64,000 bases of DNA from an uncultured delta proteobacterium (GTDB lineage Bacteria; Desulfobacterota; Binatia; UBA9968). How positions within the stretch are numbered: position 1 is the stretch's first letter; each line of letters opens with the position of its first letter. The notes below the pieces were generated by a model that searched no databases, was not told where the DNA came from, and was given only the letters and a program-made list of their open reading frames with translations. Where the stretch lies: NCBI GenBank assembly GCA_963804165.1, contig CAWDPO010000016.1, positions 32,001 through 96,000 on the forward strand, written 5' to 3'. Shown here in pieces: positions 40,019-49,398 of the stretch. The position numbers were made by a program, and so were the translations under genes.

Positions 40019-40325
40019 TTCGGATCTCCTGTTTGACCGTCCAAATCGCGCGCTTGGCGCGGTCGGAGCGGTGAAGGTCTTTTCGATAGCACACTAAGAA
40101 ATTTTGTCTATAAGTTTCTTAGTTTAGTGCAAATAATTTCCAGTTTTTCACCAAACTGATGGCCTCATCTGTCACGTTTTGAACGTCACATCCAGCGTTT
40201 GCTCAGCGGTGCAAGTCAACCCCAGCGAAACGGGAAAGGAAACAGGAATAATACGCTGTTGGCGCGGTTTGTCTTGAGAAAGGAAGAATTGTCTATGGCC
40301 AAAAACCTACCGCCCGAGGAACTAA

Positions 40326-40595
40326 TCATCGAAACGTTGTCTTTGGTCGGAGCGCAATAGAAGTGCCGCAGTGCGGGCATTTAGATGTTCGATATTTGAT
40401 GAGCTCGGAGCAACGCGGACACTTAAATGCCTTTGGCGCGCGCTTCATCGCCCATGCGGCGAAAACAAAAATTGCGCCTGCCGAGACGAGCACCAGATCG
40501 ACTCCCCCGTGGTGGGCGGTCGCCGACGCGGCGAAAATCATCAAGATTCCCACTACAACGAAGGCCCACGGGACAAAAGGTGGAATCGAATGCAC
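40326..40595 (-). CDS. Small membrane protein with a zinc ribbon
   Basis: Two TM segments followed by CPRC...CPHCG. Confidence 0.6.
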   Translation of the reverse strand: MHSIPPFVPWAFVVVGILMIFAASATAHHGGVDLVLVSAGAIFVFAAWAMKRAPKAFKCPRCSELIKYRTSKCPHCGTSIALRPKTTFR

Positions 40596-40639
40596 AAGTT
40601 CTTCGTACTATGTTTCCGAGCGCTAAAAAAGATCCGATG

Positions 40640-40845
40640 TCGCCTTAGGATTAGAGGATCATCGGCAACGCTGGCGTTGGCAAATCACGTCCCCTCGCGG
40701 GGCAGCGAGCGTAACGCCATTCTTAGAGACGGCACCGACCAGCAGAAATTTTTGGATTTGGTGGGACGATCGGTCGAGCAGTTTAACCTTTGCCTGCACG
40801 CCTAGGTTTTCATGAAAACCATTACCATCTGATGATCGATACCGG
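40640..40845 (+). pseudogene. RAYT/Y1_Tnp remnant 2
   Basis: HVPSRGSERNAILRDGTDQQKFLDLV...LHA*VFM then NHYHL (HUH motif) after a frameshift. Confidence 0.75.
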
Positions 40846-40935
40846 GAGCCTTGGATTAAACCGGGCACTTAGATATTTGAACGGGTCCACACGCAAGCAT
40901 TTAACCGGCACCGTGACCGAGTGGATCAACAATGA

Positions 40936-41427
40936 TTACTCGCTATAAATGCCAGCGCCTACGATGACCATTTCTCCATTAGGCATTTTCACCTGCTTGA
41001 TATAGCTCATCTTCCTGGAGGGCTTGTCTTCCCCCGGTTTAGGCCACCAATAGTCTACCCATCCCGATCCTTTAGTTTTGGCTGTCTTTATAAACTCCCG
41101 TATGAGCGCTTTTCCTTTGGCATCCTTCATATCAATTAAATTTTTCCCCTCGATTTCCGGTGAGGGGGGATTTACAAGGACAATGCCGTTGATATCATCG
41201 ACGAACACGTAGGTTTTTCCTGTATACCATTTGCTGCCCTTCTTCTTAAATTCAGGGAAGGCATCCTTTCCTTTACTTTCTACTAAGGCTGCTGCGCTAT
41301 TGACGAGAGCGACAATTTGTTTGGCCTCCTCAGATTGTGGGGGCTCTGCAGAAAAACTTGGGAAAGAAAACAAGGACACGACTCCAAAGAGAATTAAAAT
41401 ACTGTTGAGTGATATTTTCCGTTTCAT
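40936..41427 (-). CDS. Secreted stand-alone Cache domain protein
   Basis: Signal peptide, YVFVDD, GKNLIDMKDAKGK, GSGWVDYWWPKPG, VGAGIY. Confidence 0.88.
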   Translation of the reverse strand: MKRKISLNSILILFGVVSLFSFPSFSAEPPQSEEAKQIVALVNSAAALVESKGKDAFPEFKKKGSKWYTGKTYVFVDDINGIVLVNPPSPEIEGKNLIDMKDAKGKALIREFIKTAKTKGSGWVDYWWPKPGEDKPSRKMSYIKQVKMPNGEMVIVGAGIYSE

Positions 41428-41781
41428 TAAAAACCGCCTTTAAATTTTAGTAAGGTTGCTGACTGTTTACCATTAGTCTCTGCTACCATAACCTCGTTTC
41501 GTAAAGAGCCTAACGATGCCGTCTTATCCCTCAAAGCTTAGAAGTAATCAAGTCGCGGCGACATCGGCGCTGTTTTCAAATCGATCACAAGCTCAAATTC
41601 GAGAGCCTCGGTGGAAGGTCAGCAGTAGTCGCTAAGTTCCCAGCCGCTTTGTTGCGCGTAGAATTAGTAGTAAATACTGAGACCACGAAAGCAAGGAAAC
41701 TACAGTCGAGGCAAGGTGAGAGTCTCATCTACATTTACATTATGGTTGATGTCTACAGTCATGCTGCCCAAACCCCGGTTT

Positions 41782-41940
41782 TTGCAATTTGATTCCGCGG
41801 GTTTCCTTCTGGCTATGATTCCTCATCAGATGACTCAAACGTTTTTCAAAGTTGTAGCTCCGCACAAGGCGCTAAAGATTCTGCTGTCCGTCGCACCGGT
41901 GGGCAAGGAGCAGATTGCTTCGGTAAAGGCGTGTGGGCGG
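41782..41940 (+). pseudogene. Diverged duplicate of the moeA promoter region and first 37 codons
   Basis: Aligns to 42800-42956; 28/37 aa identical to the MoeA N-terminus, then stops. Confidence 0.88.
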
Positions 41941-41997
41941 CGCGACTAGAAGCAAGGGATCGGAAATGTTTGGGAAAAGGTCGGCGCGAACTGCAGG

Positions 41998-42405
41998 TTA
42001 CTTCATCAGCCAGCGGATCTTGATCAGGTTTTCGACCGACTCGAATTCGGGATCGTTAGTTAACACGGTGGCGTCAAGGCGTTGGGCGGTGGCAATACAA
42101 AAGGCATCGGCGTAAGAGAGCGCGTGTTCGCTTTTGATTTCTGCCGCTGCTCGGACCAGCGGTTGGTCCACCGGAAAGAGGTCGATGGGTAGTTGTTCGA
42201 GGAGACGGAGCGCATCCATCGTCTTGGCGGCTCCGACGCGTCGTTTGACGATATAGTAGAACTCGCCCCAGTTGATCCAGTTGAGGACGGCGCGGGTGCG
42301 CGATTTTTCTTGATCGTAGAGAGCTTTTTGAACGACCTGCCAGCCCGGTTCCCGGTGAAAGAGACTGACGAGGGCAAAACTATCGAGAACGAGTTTTTCG
42401 CTCAC
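41998..42405 (-). CDS. vapC: VapC PIN-domain toxin
   Basis: LVLDSFAL, INWGEFYY, LSYADAFCIATA, LTNDPEF. Confidence 0.9.
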   Translation of the reverse strand: MSEKLVLDSFALVSLFHREPGWQVVQKALYDQEKSRTRAVLNWINWGEFYYIVKRRVGAAKTMDALRLLEQLPIDLFPVDQPLVRAAAEIKSEHALSYADAFCIATAQRLDATVLTNDPEFESVENLIKIRWLMK

Positions 42406-42631
42406 GGCGCGCCTCTTCGCGGTGTTCACGGCGGAGATCTTGAGTTAAGGAAAATCGGCCCTTCAAAAAACCCGTGGCCGCCTCGATAGGATCGGCAGGA
42501 ACCGGGGTAAGGACTAACCGCCCGTCTTCTTCGTCGAGATGCACCTTGCCACCGGGTTTGAGCCCGAGTTTACGTCGCAGGTGTTTGGGAACCAAAATCT
42601 GCCCCTTTGGGGTCAATTGGGTTACGGACAT
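42380..42631 (-). CDS. AbrB/MazE-type antitoxin (VapB)
   Basis: LTPKGQILVPKHLRRKLGLKPGGKV...GRLVLTP; overlaps vapC. Confidence 0.88.
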   Translation of the reverse strand: MSVTQLTPKGQILVPKHLRRKLGLKPGGKVHLDEEDGRLVLTPVPADPIEAATGFLKGRFSLTQDLRREHREEARRERKTRSR

Positions 42632-42845
42632 AGAGATTTTTCTCCAACTGGAAAAAAGTGTACCAAAAGCCAAAAACGTAGGCAAGTGAGATGATCGGAG
42701 ATACAGGTTCGCGACGAGGAGGGAACTGAAAGTAACACGCAGCGGGGCCCACGTCATTTCGCTGCGAGCCGTTCGGTTCAGCAGCGTGAGCCCGGGCTCT
42801 TGCGGTTTGATTCCGCCGCTTTCTTCTGGCTATGATTCCCCATCG

Positions 42846-44085
42846 ATGGCTCAGACGTTTTTCAAAGTACTGGCGCCGCAAGAGGCACTGAAGATTTTGC
42901 TCGGCGTTACGCCGGTGGGGGTTGAAACGATTGCGTCAGTCAAGGCGCGCGGCCGGGTGCTGGCGGAAGATCTTCAGTCCGCGGTCGACTTGCCCCATTT
43001 TCACCGCGCGGCGATGGACGGTTATGCCGTTAGAGCGAAGGACACCTTCGGCGCCAGTCAAAGCTTGCCCGCTTATCTGAAACTTACCGGCGTCGTGGAG
43101 ATGGGCAAAGAGGCGGTGCAAGCAGTGACGCCGGGTGCGGCGGTGCGCATTTCCACGGGCGGTATGATGCCGCCCGACGCCGATGCCGTGGTGATGGTCG
43201 AGTACACCGATGAGACCGACGCCGGTTTAGTCGAGATTCACCGCGGCGTGTCGCCGTGGCAAAACGTGATCCAGATCGGTGACGACATCAAAAAGGGCGA
43301 AACGGTTTTTTCGCATGGACGGCGGCTGCGTGCGCACGACGTCGGCGCTTTGACGGGTGTCGGCATTTCATCGATCTCGGTTTACAAAAAGCCGCACGTT
43401 GCTCTGATTTCTACGGGCGACGAGATCGTCGACGCCGACACCGACCCGCAGCCGGGACAGGTGCGAAACATCAATCAACATTCGCTTGCCGGATTGATCG
43501 AAGAATGCGGCGGCGAGTTGAGAGACTTGGGAGTCGTTCGCGACGATCGCAGCGCGCTCACCGAAGCGATCGGCGCCGCGCTCGAGTGGGGCGATGTCGT
43601 GCTGCTTTCCGGCGGCAGCTCCATGGGCGCGAAAGATATTGCGCTGGAGACGATTCTGTCTTTCCCTGATTCGGAATTTATGTTTCACGGCATCTCGATC
43701 GCGCCGGGCAAGCCGACGATTTTCGCCAAGGCTTGCAGCAAACCAATTCTCGGCCTGCCGGGCTATCCAGTGTCGGCGCTGGTGATTTTCGATTTGTTCG
43801 CGGCCCCGCTGATTCGCCGTCTCGGGCGGTGAAAACGTCGATACGCTGCAGCGCTTCGCGCGCAGCGCGCGGGCGGTATTGAAAACCAACATCGCATCGC
43901 AGATCGGCCGCGAGGATTATGTGCGCGTCACCCTGGAGCGCCAGTCGGAAAAATTGGTCGCGACGCCGTTGCCGAGCAAATCCGGCGCGATCTTCACGCT
44001 CGTCAAAGCCGATGGCATGGTGCGCATCGATATGAATCAGGATGGTTTGGAACAAGGGGAAGAGGTCGAGGTCATTCTCTTTTAG
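42846..44085 (+). CDS. moeA: Molybdopterin molybdo/tungstotransferase MoeA, frameshift near 43826
   Basis: GRVLAED, AMDGYAV, ISTGDE, SGGSSMG, PGKP, LPGYPVSA; C-terminus GREDYVRV...KADG in another frame. Confidence 0.92.
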
Positions 44086-44160
44086 TTTTGGAGTTTAGAT
44101 TTGCGCGTTTCGGATTATGAGAAATTACCCCAAACCCTAAACCCAGAACTGACGAAGTCC

Positions 44161-46092
44161 ATGGCCCGCAAACGTTATCTTAAGAAAACTCCTCTGACCG
44201 AGGCGCGTGAATTGTTTCTCGCCACGGTGGATCCGAGCGGACTTGCCGTGGAAGAAATCGCCGTCGACGACGGGCTCGATCGCATCACCGCGGAACCGGT
44301 TTTTGCGAAAATTTCCTCGCCGCACTATCACGCCTCCGCCATGGACGGCATCTGCGTGCGCGCTGAGGACACCTTCGGTGCCACCGAATTCGCCGGTCAA
44401 AAATTCACATTAGCCTCTTCCGACACGCCGGGCGCTGCCGCATTCGAGTACGTCGATACCGGAAATTCCCTGCCGCCGTGGGCCAATGCCGTGATCATGA
44501 TCGAGAAAGTTCATCAGGTCGACGACAGGACCGTGGAAATCTTCGAGTCCGTAGCGCCATGGAATCACGTACGCTTGGTCGGCGAAGACGTGGTTGCCAC
44601 GGAGCTGCTATTGCCACGCGCCCATCGCCTGCGCCCTTATGATTTAGGCGCACTGCTGGCAGCGGGGCATACGACGGTCCGGGTCAAAGCGAGACCCAAG
44701 GTCGGCATCATTCCGACGGGAGACGAGTTGATTCAACCGGGCGAGGAAACCAAACCAGGCGCTGTCATCGATTTCAATTCCACGGTTCTCGCCGCTTTCG
44801 TGCGCGAATGGGGCGGGACCGCGAGAAAGTATCCACGCGCTCGCGATGATCTGACGCTCCTCAAAGAGGCGGTACACCGAGCGGCCTCTGAGTGTGATCT
44901 AGTGGCGATCATCGCCGGCTCTTCGGCCGGCGAGCATGATTTCACTGCGGACGTGGTTGCGCAGTCGGGCCAACTCTTAGTTCATGGTATAGACGTGATG
45001 CCGGGGAAGCCGGCGGTGCTGGGACGAGTCGATGAAAAACCGTTGATCGGTGTGCCCGGTTATCCGGTATCGGCTATCGTGATTGCGCGCGAGATCTTGC
45101 GGCCAGCCTTGGAGAAATTTCTCGGCGCAAGCGCGCCATCGCAACCGACCGTGCGCGCCGTCGTACCGAAAAAAATCGCCTCCCATCTCGGTTTGGAAGA
45201 GTTCATTCGCGTGACCGTGGGGCGAGTCGGAGAAAAGTTGATCGCCGTTCCGCTTGCCCGCGGCGCCGGCGTGATCACCACTATGGTGCGTGCCGACGCC
45301 TTGATGCGCATCCCCAGTCTCGTAGAAGGACTCAACGCCGGTGAGGAAACCGACGTCGAGCTGCTTCGGCCGATTGAAGATATCGAAAACACCATACTTT
45401 GTACGGGCAGCCACGACATGGCGATCGGCGTGCTCGAAGATCAACTGAAACAGGTTCAGCCTAAATTGAAAATCGCCGCGACGAACGTCGGCAGCCTTGG
45501 CGGCTTGTTGGCATTACAGCGGGGTGAGACGCATATCGCGGGAACGCATCTACTCGATGCCGACAGCGGCACCTACAATGTTCCCGATATCAAACGAACG
45601 ATTCCAAAAGTGCCGATCGTTCTCGTTCACTTGGCGCAGCGCGAGCAAGGAATACTCGTTGCCAGCGGCAACCCTAAGTCGATTCGCAGTCTCCAAGACC
45701 TTGCGAGAAAGGGAGTGCGCTTCGTGAACCGTCAGCCTGGTTCGGGCACGCGAGTATTGCTTGATTATGAACTCAAGAAGCTTGGCATCGCTGAGGCGTC
45801 GATCAGCGGCTACGAGCGCGAAGAGTTTACCCACATGGCGGTCGGAGTCGCGATTGCGAGCGGGCTTGCGGACGCCGCCCTCGGCGTGCGCGCCGCGGCT
45901 CAGGCGCTCGCGCTCGACTTCATTCCGGTTGCGAGCGAGGAGTATGATTTACTGATCGCTCGCGCGTTTTTCGAATCCGCGCGCGGCAATCAGCTGCTCA
46001 CGATCATTGGCGCGGACGGATTTAAGCGCGCCGTTGCCGCGCTCGGCGGGTACGATGCGGCGCGGGCCGGCGAAGTCCTCTATCGCCAGTAA
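44161..46092 (+). CDS. moeA: MoeA fused to a C-terminal PBP-like (oxyanion-binding) domain
   Basis: SAMDG, PTGDE, PGKP, then GSHD, GSLGGL, AGTHLLD, FVNRQPGSGTRVLLD, EEYDL. Confidence 0.92.
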   Translation: MARKRYLKKTPLTEARELFLATVDPSGLAVEEIAVDDGLDRITAEPVFAKISSPHYHASAMDGICVRAEDTFGATEFAGQKFTLASSDTPGAAAFEYVDTGNSLPPWANAVIMIEKVHQVDDRTVEIFESVAPWNHVRLVGEDVVATELLLPRAHRLRPYDLGALLAAGHTTVRVKARPKVGIIPTGDELIQPGEETKPGAVIDFNSTVLAAFVREWGGTARKYPRARDDLTLLKEAVHRAASECDLVAIIAGSSAGEHDFTADVVAQSGQLLVHGIDVMPGKPAVLGRVDEKPLIGVPGYPVSAIVIAREILRPALEKFLGASAPSQPTVRAVVPKKIASHLGLEEFIRVTVGRVGEKLIAVPLARGAGVITTMVRADALMRIPSLVEGLNAGEETDVELLRPIEDIENTILCTGSHDMAIGVLEDQLKQVQPKLKIAATNVGSLGGLLALQRGETHIAGTHLLDADSGTYNVPDIKRTIPKVPIVLVHLAQREQGILVASGNPKSIRSLQDLARKGVRFVNRQPGSGTRVLLDYELKKLGIAEASISGYEREEFTHMAVGVAIASGLADAALGVRAAAQALALDFIPVASEEYDLLIARAFFESARGNQLLTIIGADGFKRAVAALGGYDAARAGEVLYRQ

Positions 46093-46340
46093 GCTGAACG
46101 GGCATTGCCTACAGAGTCGGGCCATGGGTGCGCATCGTCGTCATCATCGATAGCCGGATTGCCCGTTCTGGCAATTAGTTTTCATACACCAGGACTCCGA
46201 GAATCGCGCTTCCGCCCAGCTGGTTGGGATCGTTGCGGTCTCGCTCCGAACCGTCATGGTTTGTCCATTTCTGTACTGCACTTCTCCGTTTAAGTTTCAA
46301 CATTCCTAATAAAAACAGGTGGTTAGCTGGGGTTGAGCAC

Positions 46341-46356
46341 TGGCATTGGCATTGCT
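46341..46356 (+). promoter_or_regulatory. Putative sigma54 (-24/-12) promoter
   Basis: TGGCATTGGCATTGCT gives GG-N10-GC, ending 24 bp before ATG 46380. Confidence 0.6.
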
Positions 46357-46379
46357 CAAAAGAGCCCAAGGACAATTCC

Positions 46380-46595
46380 ATGGAAGATCCGAACGAAAGT
46401 TTCCAGTTGCTCACACTCCCAGAGGCTGCACAGCTGCTTCATGTTTCCATACGAACCGTGCATCGAATGATCCACAAAAATGATTTGCCGGCGTTTAAAG
46501 TCGGCGGACAGTGGCGTTTGCGACAGAGCCAACTCGAACAGTGGATACAGCGTCGAGTGGAGTCAGGGAGCGTCGCGGTTAAAGGCAACCCGTGA
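46380..46595 (+). CDS. Excisionase-like HTH_17 DNA-binding protein
   Basis: LLTLPEAAQLLHVSIRTVHRMI..DLPAFKVGGQWRL..LEQWI. Confidence 0.88.
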   Translation: MEDPNESFQLLTLPEAAQLLHVSIRTVHRMIHKNDLPAFKVGGQWRLRQSQLEQWIQRRVESGSVAVKGNP

Positions 46596-46728
46596 CGTCA
46601 GATAACCCCAATGGGAAATGGCGGTGCCAGCGCACGCATTTCTCAATGTTTGGTTTTTTTTCCGCCGCGTTTGTTCACAGCTCCAAGGGTTTTGTTTTCA
46701 CGATATGAAAGTACAGTAGGCTGACGGT

Positions 46729-49398
46729 GTGACCAGGAAGAGCGAGCAACGCTTGGGTATGTGGAAGCTTGACCGGATCATGCTGCAAGCCACCGGCTCG
46801 TTTTTGCAGAGACTTCGTCAACGGTTGCTGATCATTATCCTGATCGCAGTCGTGCCGATTCTGGGCTTTATTTTCTACCAAGCGAAGATCGCGCGTGACG
46901 TGCAAATTGCCGAGGCCCAGGAGGCGGCCTGGGAAATCGTCGAAAACGTCGCGATAAGAGAATCTCGATTTATCGACGCTGCGCAGCAGCTGCTGATGCT
47001 GTTGGCAGAATCGCCGGAATTGGCCAACGCTGATACTTTCGCTTGTAACGATTTCCTGAGGCGATTTGCCGAGCGCAATCGCGTTTATGTCGATCTCGGC
47101 GTTGCCGACAGCAATGGCCACGTCCGGTGCCGCGCACAGAGCTGGGAGGGATCCGAGATTAATGTGGCAGGAACAAATCATTTCCAACAGGCGCTGAAAG
47201 CAAAATCTTTTGCCATAGGCGATTTCCAGCTCCAAGGCGTCTCGCAGCGAAAAGGCGTGAATTTCGGGTATCCGGTACTGGACGATCAAGGTCACGTACG
47301 GTCGGTTATTTTCGCGGCGCTGGATATAAATTGGATCAATCAGCTCGCGGCGGCTCATCATTTGCCCGCGGGAGTAGCGCTGTCAATCGTCGATAGCAAA
47401 GGCACCCTGCTGGCAAGATTTCCTGATCCCGACAAATGGGTCGGCAAGCATATCCCTGATGCTTCACTATTCGAGATGCTGCAGTTGCGTAGCCAACTCA
47501 CCAGGGAACTCGTCGGTTTGGATGGTGTGGACCGGCTCTACGCGCTCAAGCCGCTTTTCTGGCGCGCAGCCGCCGGGCAAATCTACGTAATGGTCGGTAT
47601 TCCAAAGGAGGTGGCGTACGGACCGGCCAATCGAGCCTTGGCACGCAACTTAATCTGGCTTGTCATGGTGTCCGTCGCGGCGACCAGCTTGGCTTGGTTA
47701 ATCGGCAGCACATTCGTCGTTGGGTATGTGAAAATCCGCGCGGAAGCTGAAGAAGCGCGAATTCAGCTCGCAGCAATTGTTGAGTCTTCCGAGGATGCGA
47801 TCATCGGCATGACGTTGGACGGCAGAGTGACGAGTTGGAATGAAGGCGCCGAATCCATGTATGGATACAAGCGTTTGGAGATCATCGGCCAATCCGTCTA
47901 CTGTCTGATTCCCGAGACCCACCATAATGAGGTTGCCGAACTCCTGGAGATTGTCAAACGCGATCTGGGGATCAACCGTTATGAGAGCAAGCGAATGCGC
48001 AAGGATGGCCAATTATTCGATGTATCTGCGTCGCTTTCACCCATCCGCGATTTGCAAGGAAAGGTTATCGGCGCCGCCACGATCACGCGGGATATCACCT
48101 TGCTCCGCAAGGGCGAAGAACAACTCCTTGCCTACACGGGCCAGCTCGAGGCGCTCAATCTGGTGTCTCAAGAAATCGCCGACACATTATCGGTGGGGGA
48201 AGTCATCGAGCGGGGCTTGAGCCGCTTGGTTTCTGCCAGCGGATTCGAGATCGCCGTCGCACGCACGTGGCACGAAGGCGCGGAGCGCAAATTTTACGGC
48301 GTCAGTTCCGAGCCGCGTTCGTCGGCGGAACTGGAAAGACTTTGGACCCAACTCGGGGCCGAGTTCGAGCAGTGTTTTTGGGAGTGCAGGAATGCTTGGT
48401 TTGTCGAGGATGTGGCGGCGGCTCCGGAGCTTGCTCTCGCCGCTAACAATAATCCCATCGAGGCTTTAGCGGTCTTACCCTTGGCTCATGGAGGGCCGCT
48501 ACGGGTCGCGATTGCACTAATGGGCACCCGCATTCATCCGTTTGGCACTGACGAGAAACAAATTCTACAAGCGATGTCGCGCCAAATTGCCCTGGCGGTG
48601 GAGAACGCCCGCCTCTACGGCACCACGTTAGAAGTGAACCAAGAGTTGCGTAGAGAAATTGAAGAACGCACACGGGCCGAGCGCGCCTTGGCCGATTTCA
48701 CGGCGATGATCGCTCATGATCTGCGCTCGCCCTTGTCGAATGTGGTGTCGATTACCGATTCAATCCGCGATGGCCTATTCGGCCCTGTGACGGAACTGCA
48801 ACAGAAATGGCTCTGGAAAGTGCAAGTGAGCTGCACGAGCTTGATTCACCATGTCAGCGATTTCCTCGATATCTCGAAAATTGACGCCGGCAAGCTGCAA
48901 CTGATCAAAGTGCCGGTAGACATCGCACCGATGCTTCGTGACACCTTGCTCGAATATTCCGTCAAAGCGGATAAAAGAAAAATCGTGCTAAAAACCGACA
49001 TCAGCGATCGCTTGCCGCCGCTGTGCGTCGATCGTCCGCGCATGAATCAGGTGCTCGATAATCTCTTGAGCAACGCCCTGAAATTTACCGAAATTGGCGG
49101 CGAGATTGAAATTGGTGCCAGCGTTTTGAGCAATTCCGAAATGATCTTGGGGATCAAAGATTCCGGAATCGGTATTCCGCAGGAAGAGTTGGAACTCATA
49201 TTTGACAAGTATCGTCAGGTCGGCGGCGGTCAGAATTCGAATTACAGAGGGACGGGGCTTGGCTTGGCGATCTGCAAAAAAATCATCGAAGCACACGGTG
49301 GCCGGATCTGGGCGGAAAGCGAACTCGGTCGAGGCAGCACGTTTTATGTTTCGCTGCCGCTCCAGCCTGAAGATACGAGTTATGCTATACCGGCATGA
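46729..49398 (+). CDS. Sensor histidine kinase (Cache-PAS-GAF-HisKA-HATPase)
   Basis: Two TMs, AIVESSEDAI PAS, AVENARLY GAF end, AHDLRSPL, NLLSNALKFT, GTGLGLAI. Confidence 0.93.
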   Translation: MTRKSEQRLGMWKLDRIMLQATGSFLQRLRQRLLIIILIAVVPILGFIFYQAKIARDVQIAEAQEAAWEIVENVAIRESRFIDAAQQLLMLLAESPELANADTFACNDFLRRFAERNRVYVDLGVADSNGHVRCRAQSWEGSEINVAGTNHFQQALKAKSFAIGDFQLQGVSQRKGVNFGYPVLDDQGHVRSVIFAALDINWINQLAAAHHLPAGVALSIVDSKGTLLARFPDPDKWVGKHIPDASLFEMLQLRSQLTRELVGLDGVDRLYALKPLFWRAAAGQIYVMVGIPKEVAYGPANRALARNLIWLVMVSVAATSLAWLIGSTFVVGYVKIRAEAEEARIQLAAIVESSEDAIIGMTLDGRVTSWNEGAESMYGYKRLEIIGQSVYCLIPETHHNEVAELLEIVKRDLGINRYESKRMRKDGQLFDVSASLSPIRDLQGKVIGAATITRDITLLRKGEEQLLAYTGQLEALNLVSQEIADTLSVGEVIERGLSRLVSASGFEIAVARTWHEGAERKFYGVSSEPRSSAELERLWTQLGAEFEQCFWECRNAWFVEDVAAAPELALAANNNPIEALAVLPLAHGGPLRVAIALMGTRIHPFGTDEKQILQAMSRQIALAVENARLYGTTLEVNQELRREIEERTRAERALADFTAMIAHDLRSPLSNVVSITDSIRDGLFGPVTELQQKWLWKVQVSCTSLIHHVSDFLDISKIDAGKLQLIKVPVDIAPMLRDTLLEYSVKADKRKIVLKTDISDRLPPLCVDRPRMNQVLDNLLSNALKFTEIGGEIEIGASVLSNSEMILGIKDSGIGIPQEELELIFDKYRQVGGGQNSNYRGTGLGLAICKKIIEAHGGRIWAESELGRGSTFYVSLPLQPEDTSYAIPA

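Noticed and set aside
46380-46595. HTH_17 as evidence of a prophage or ICE
   Set aside because: No integrase, phage genes or att site nearby.
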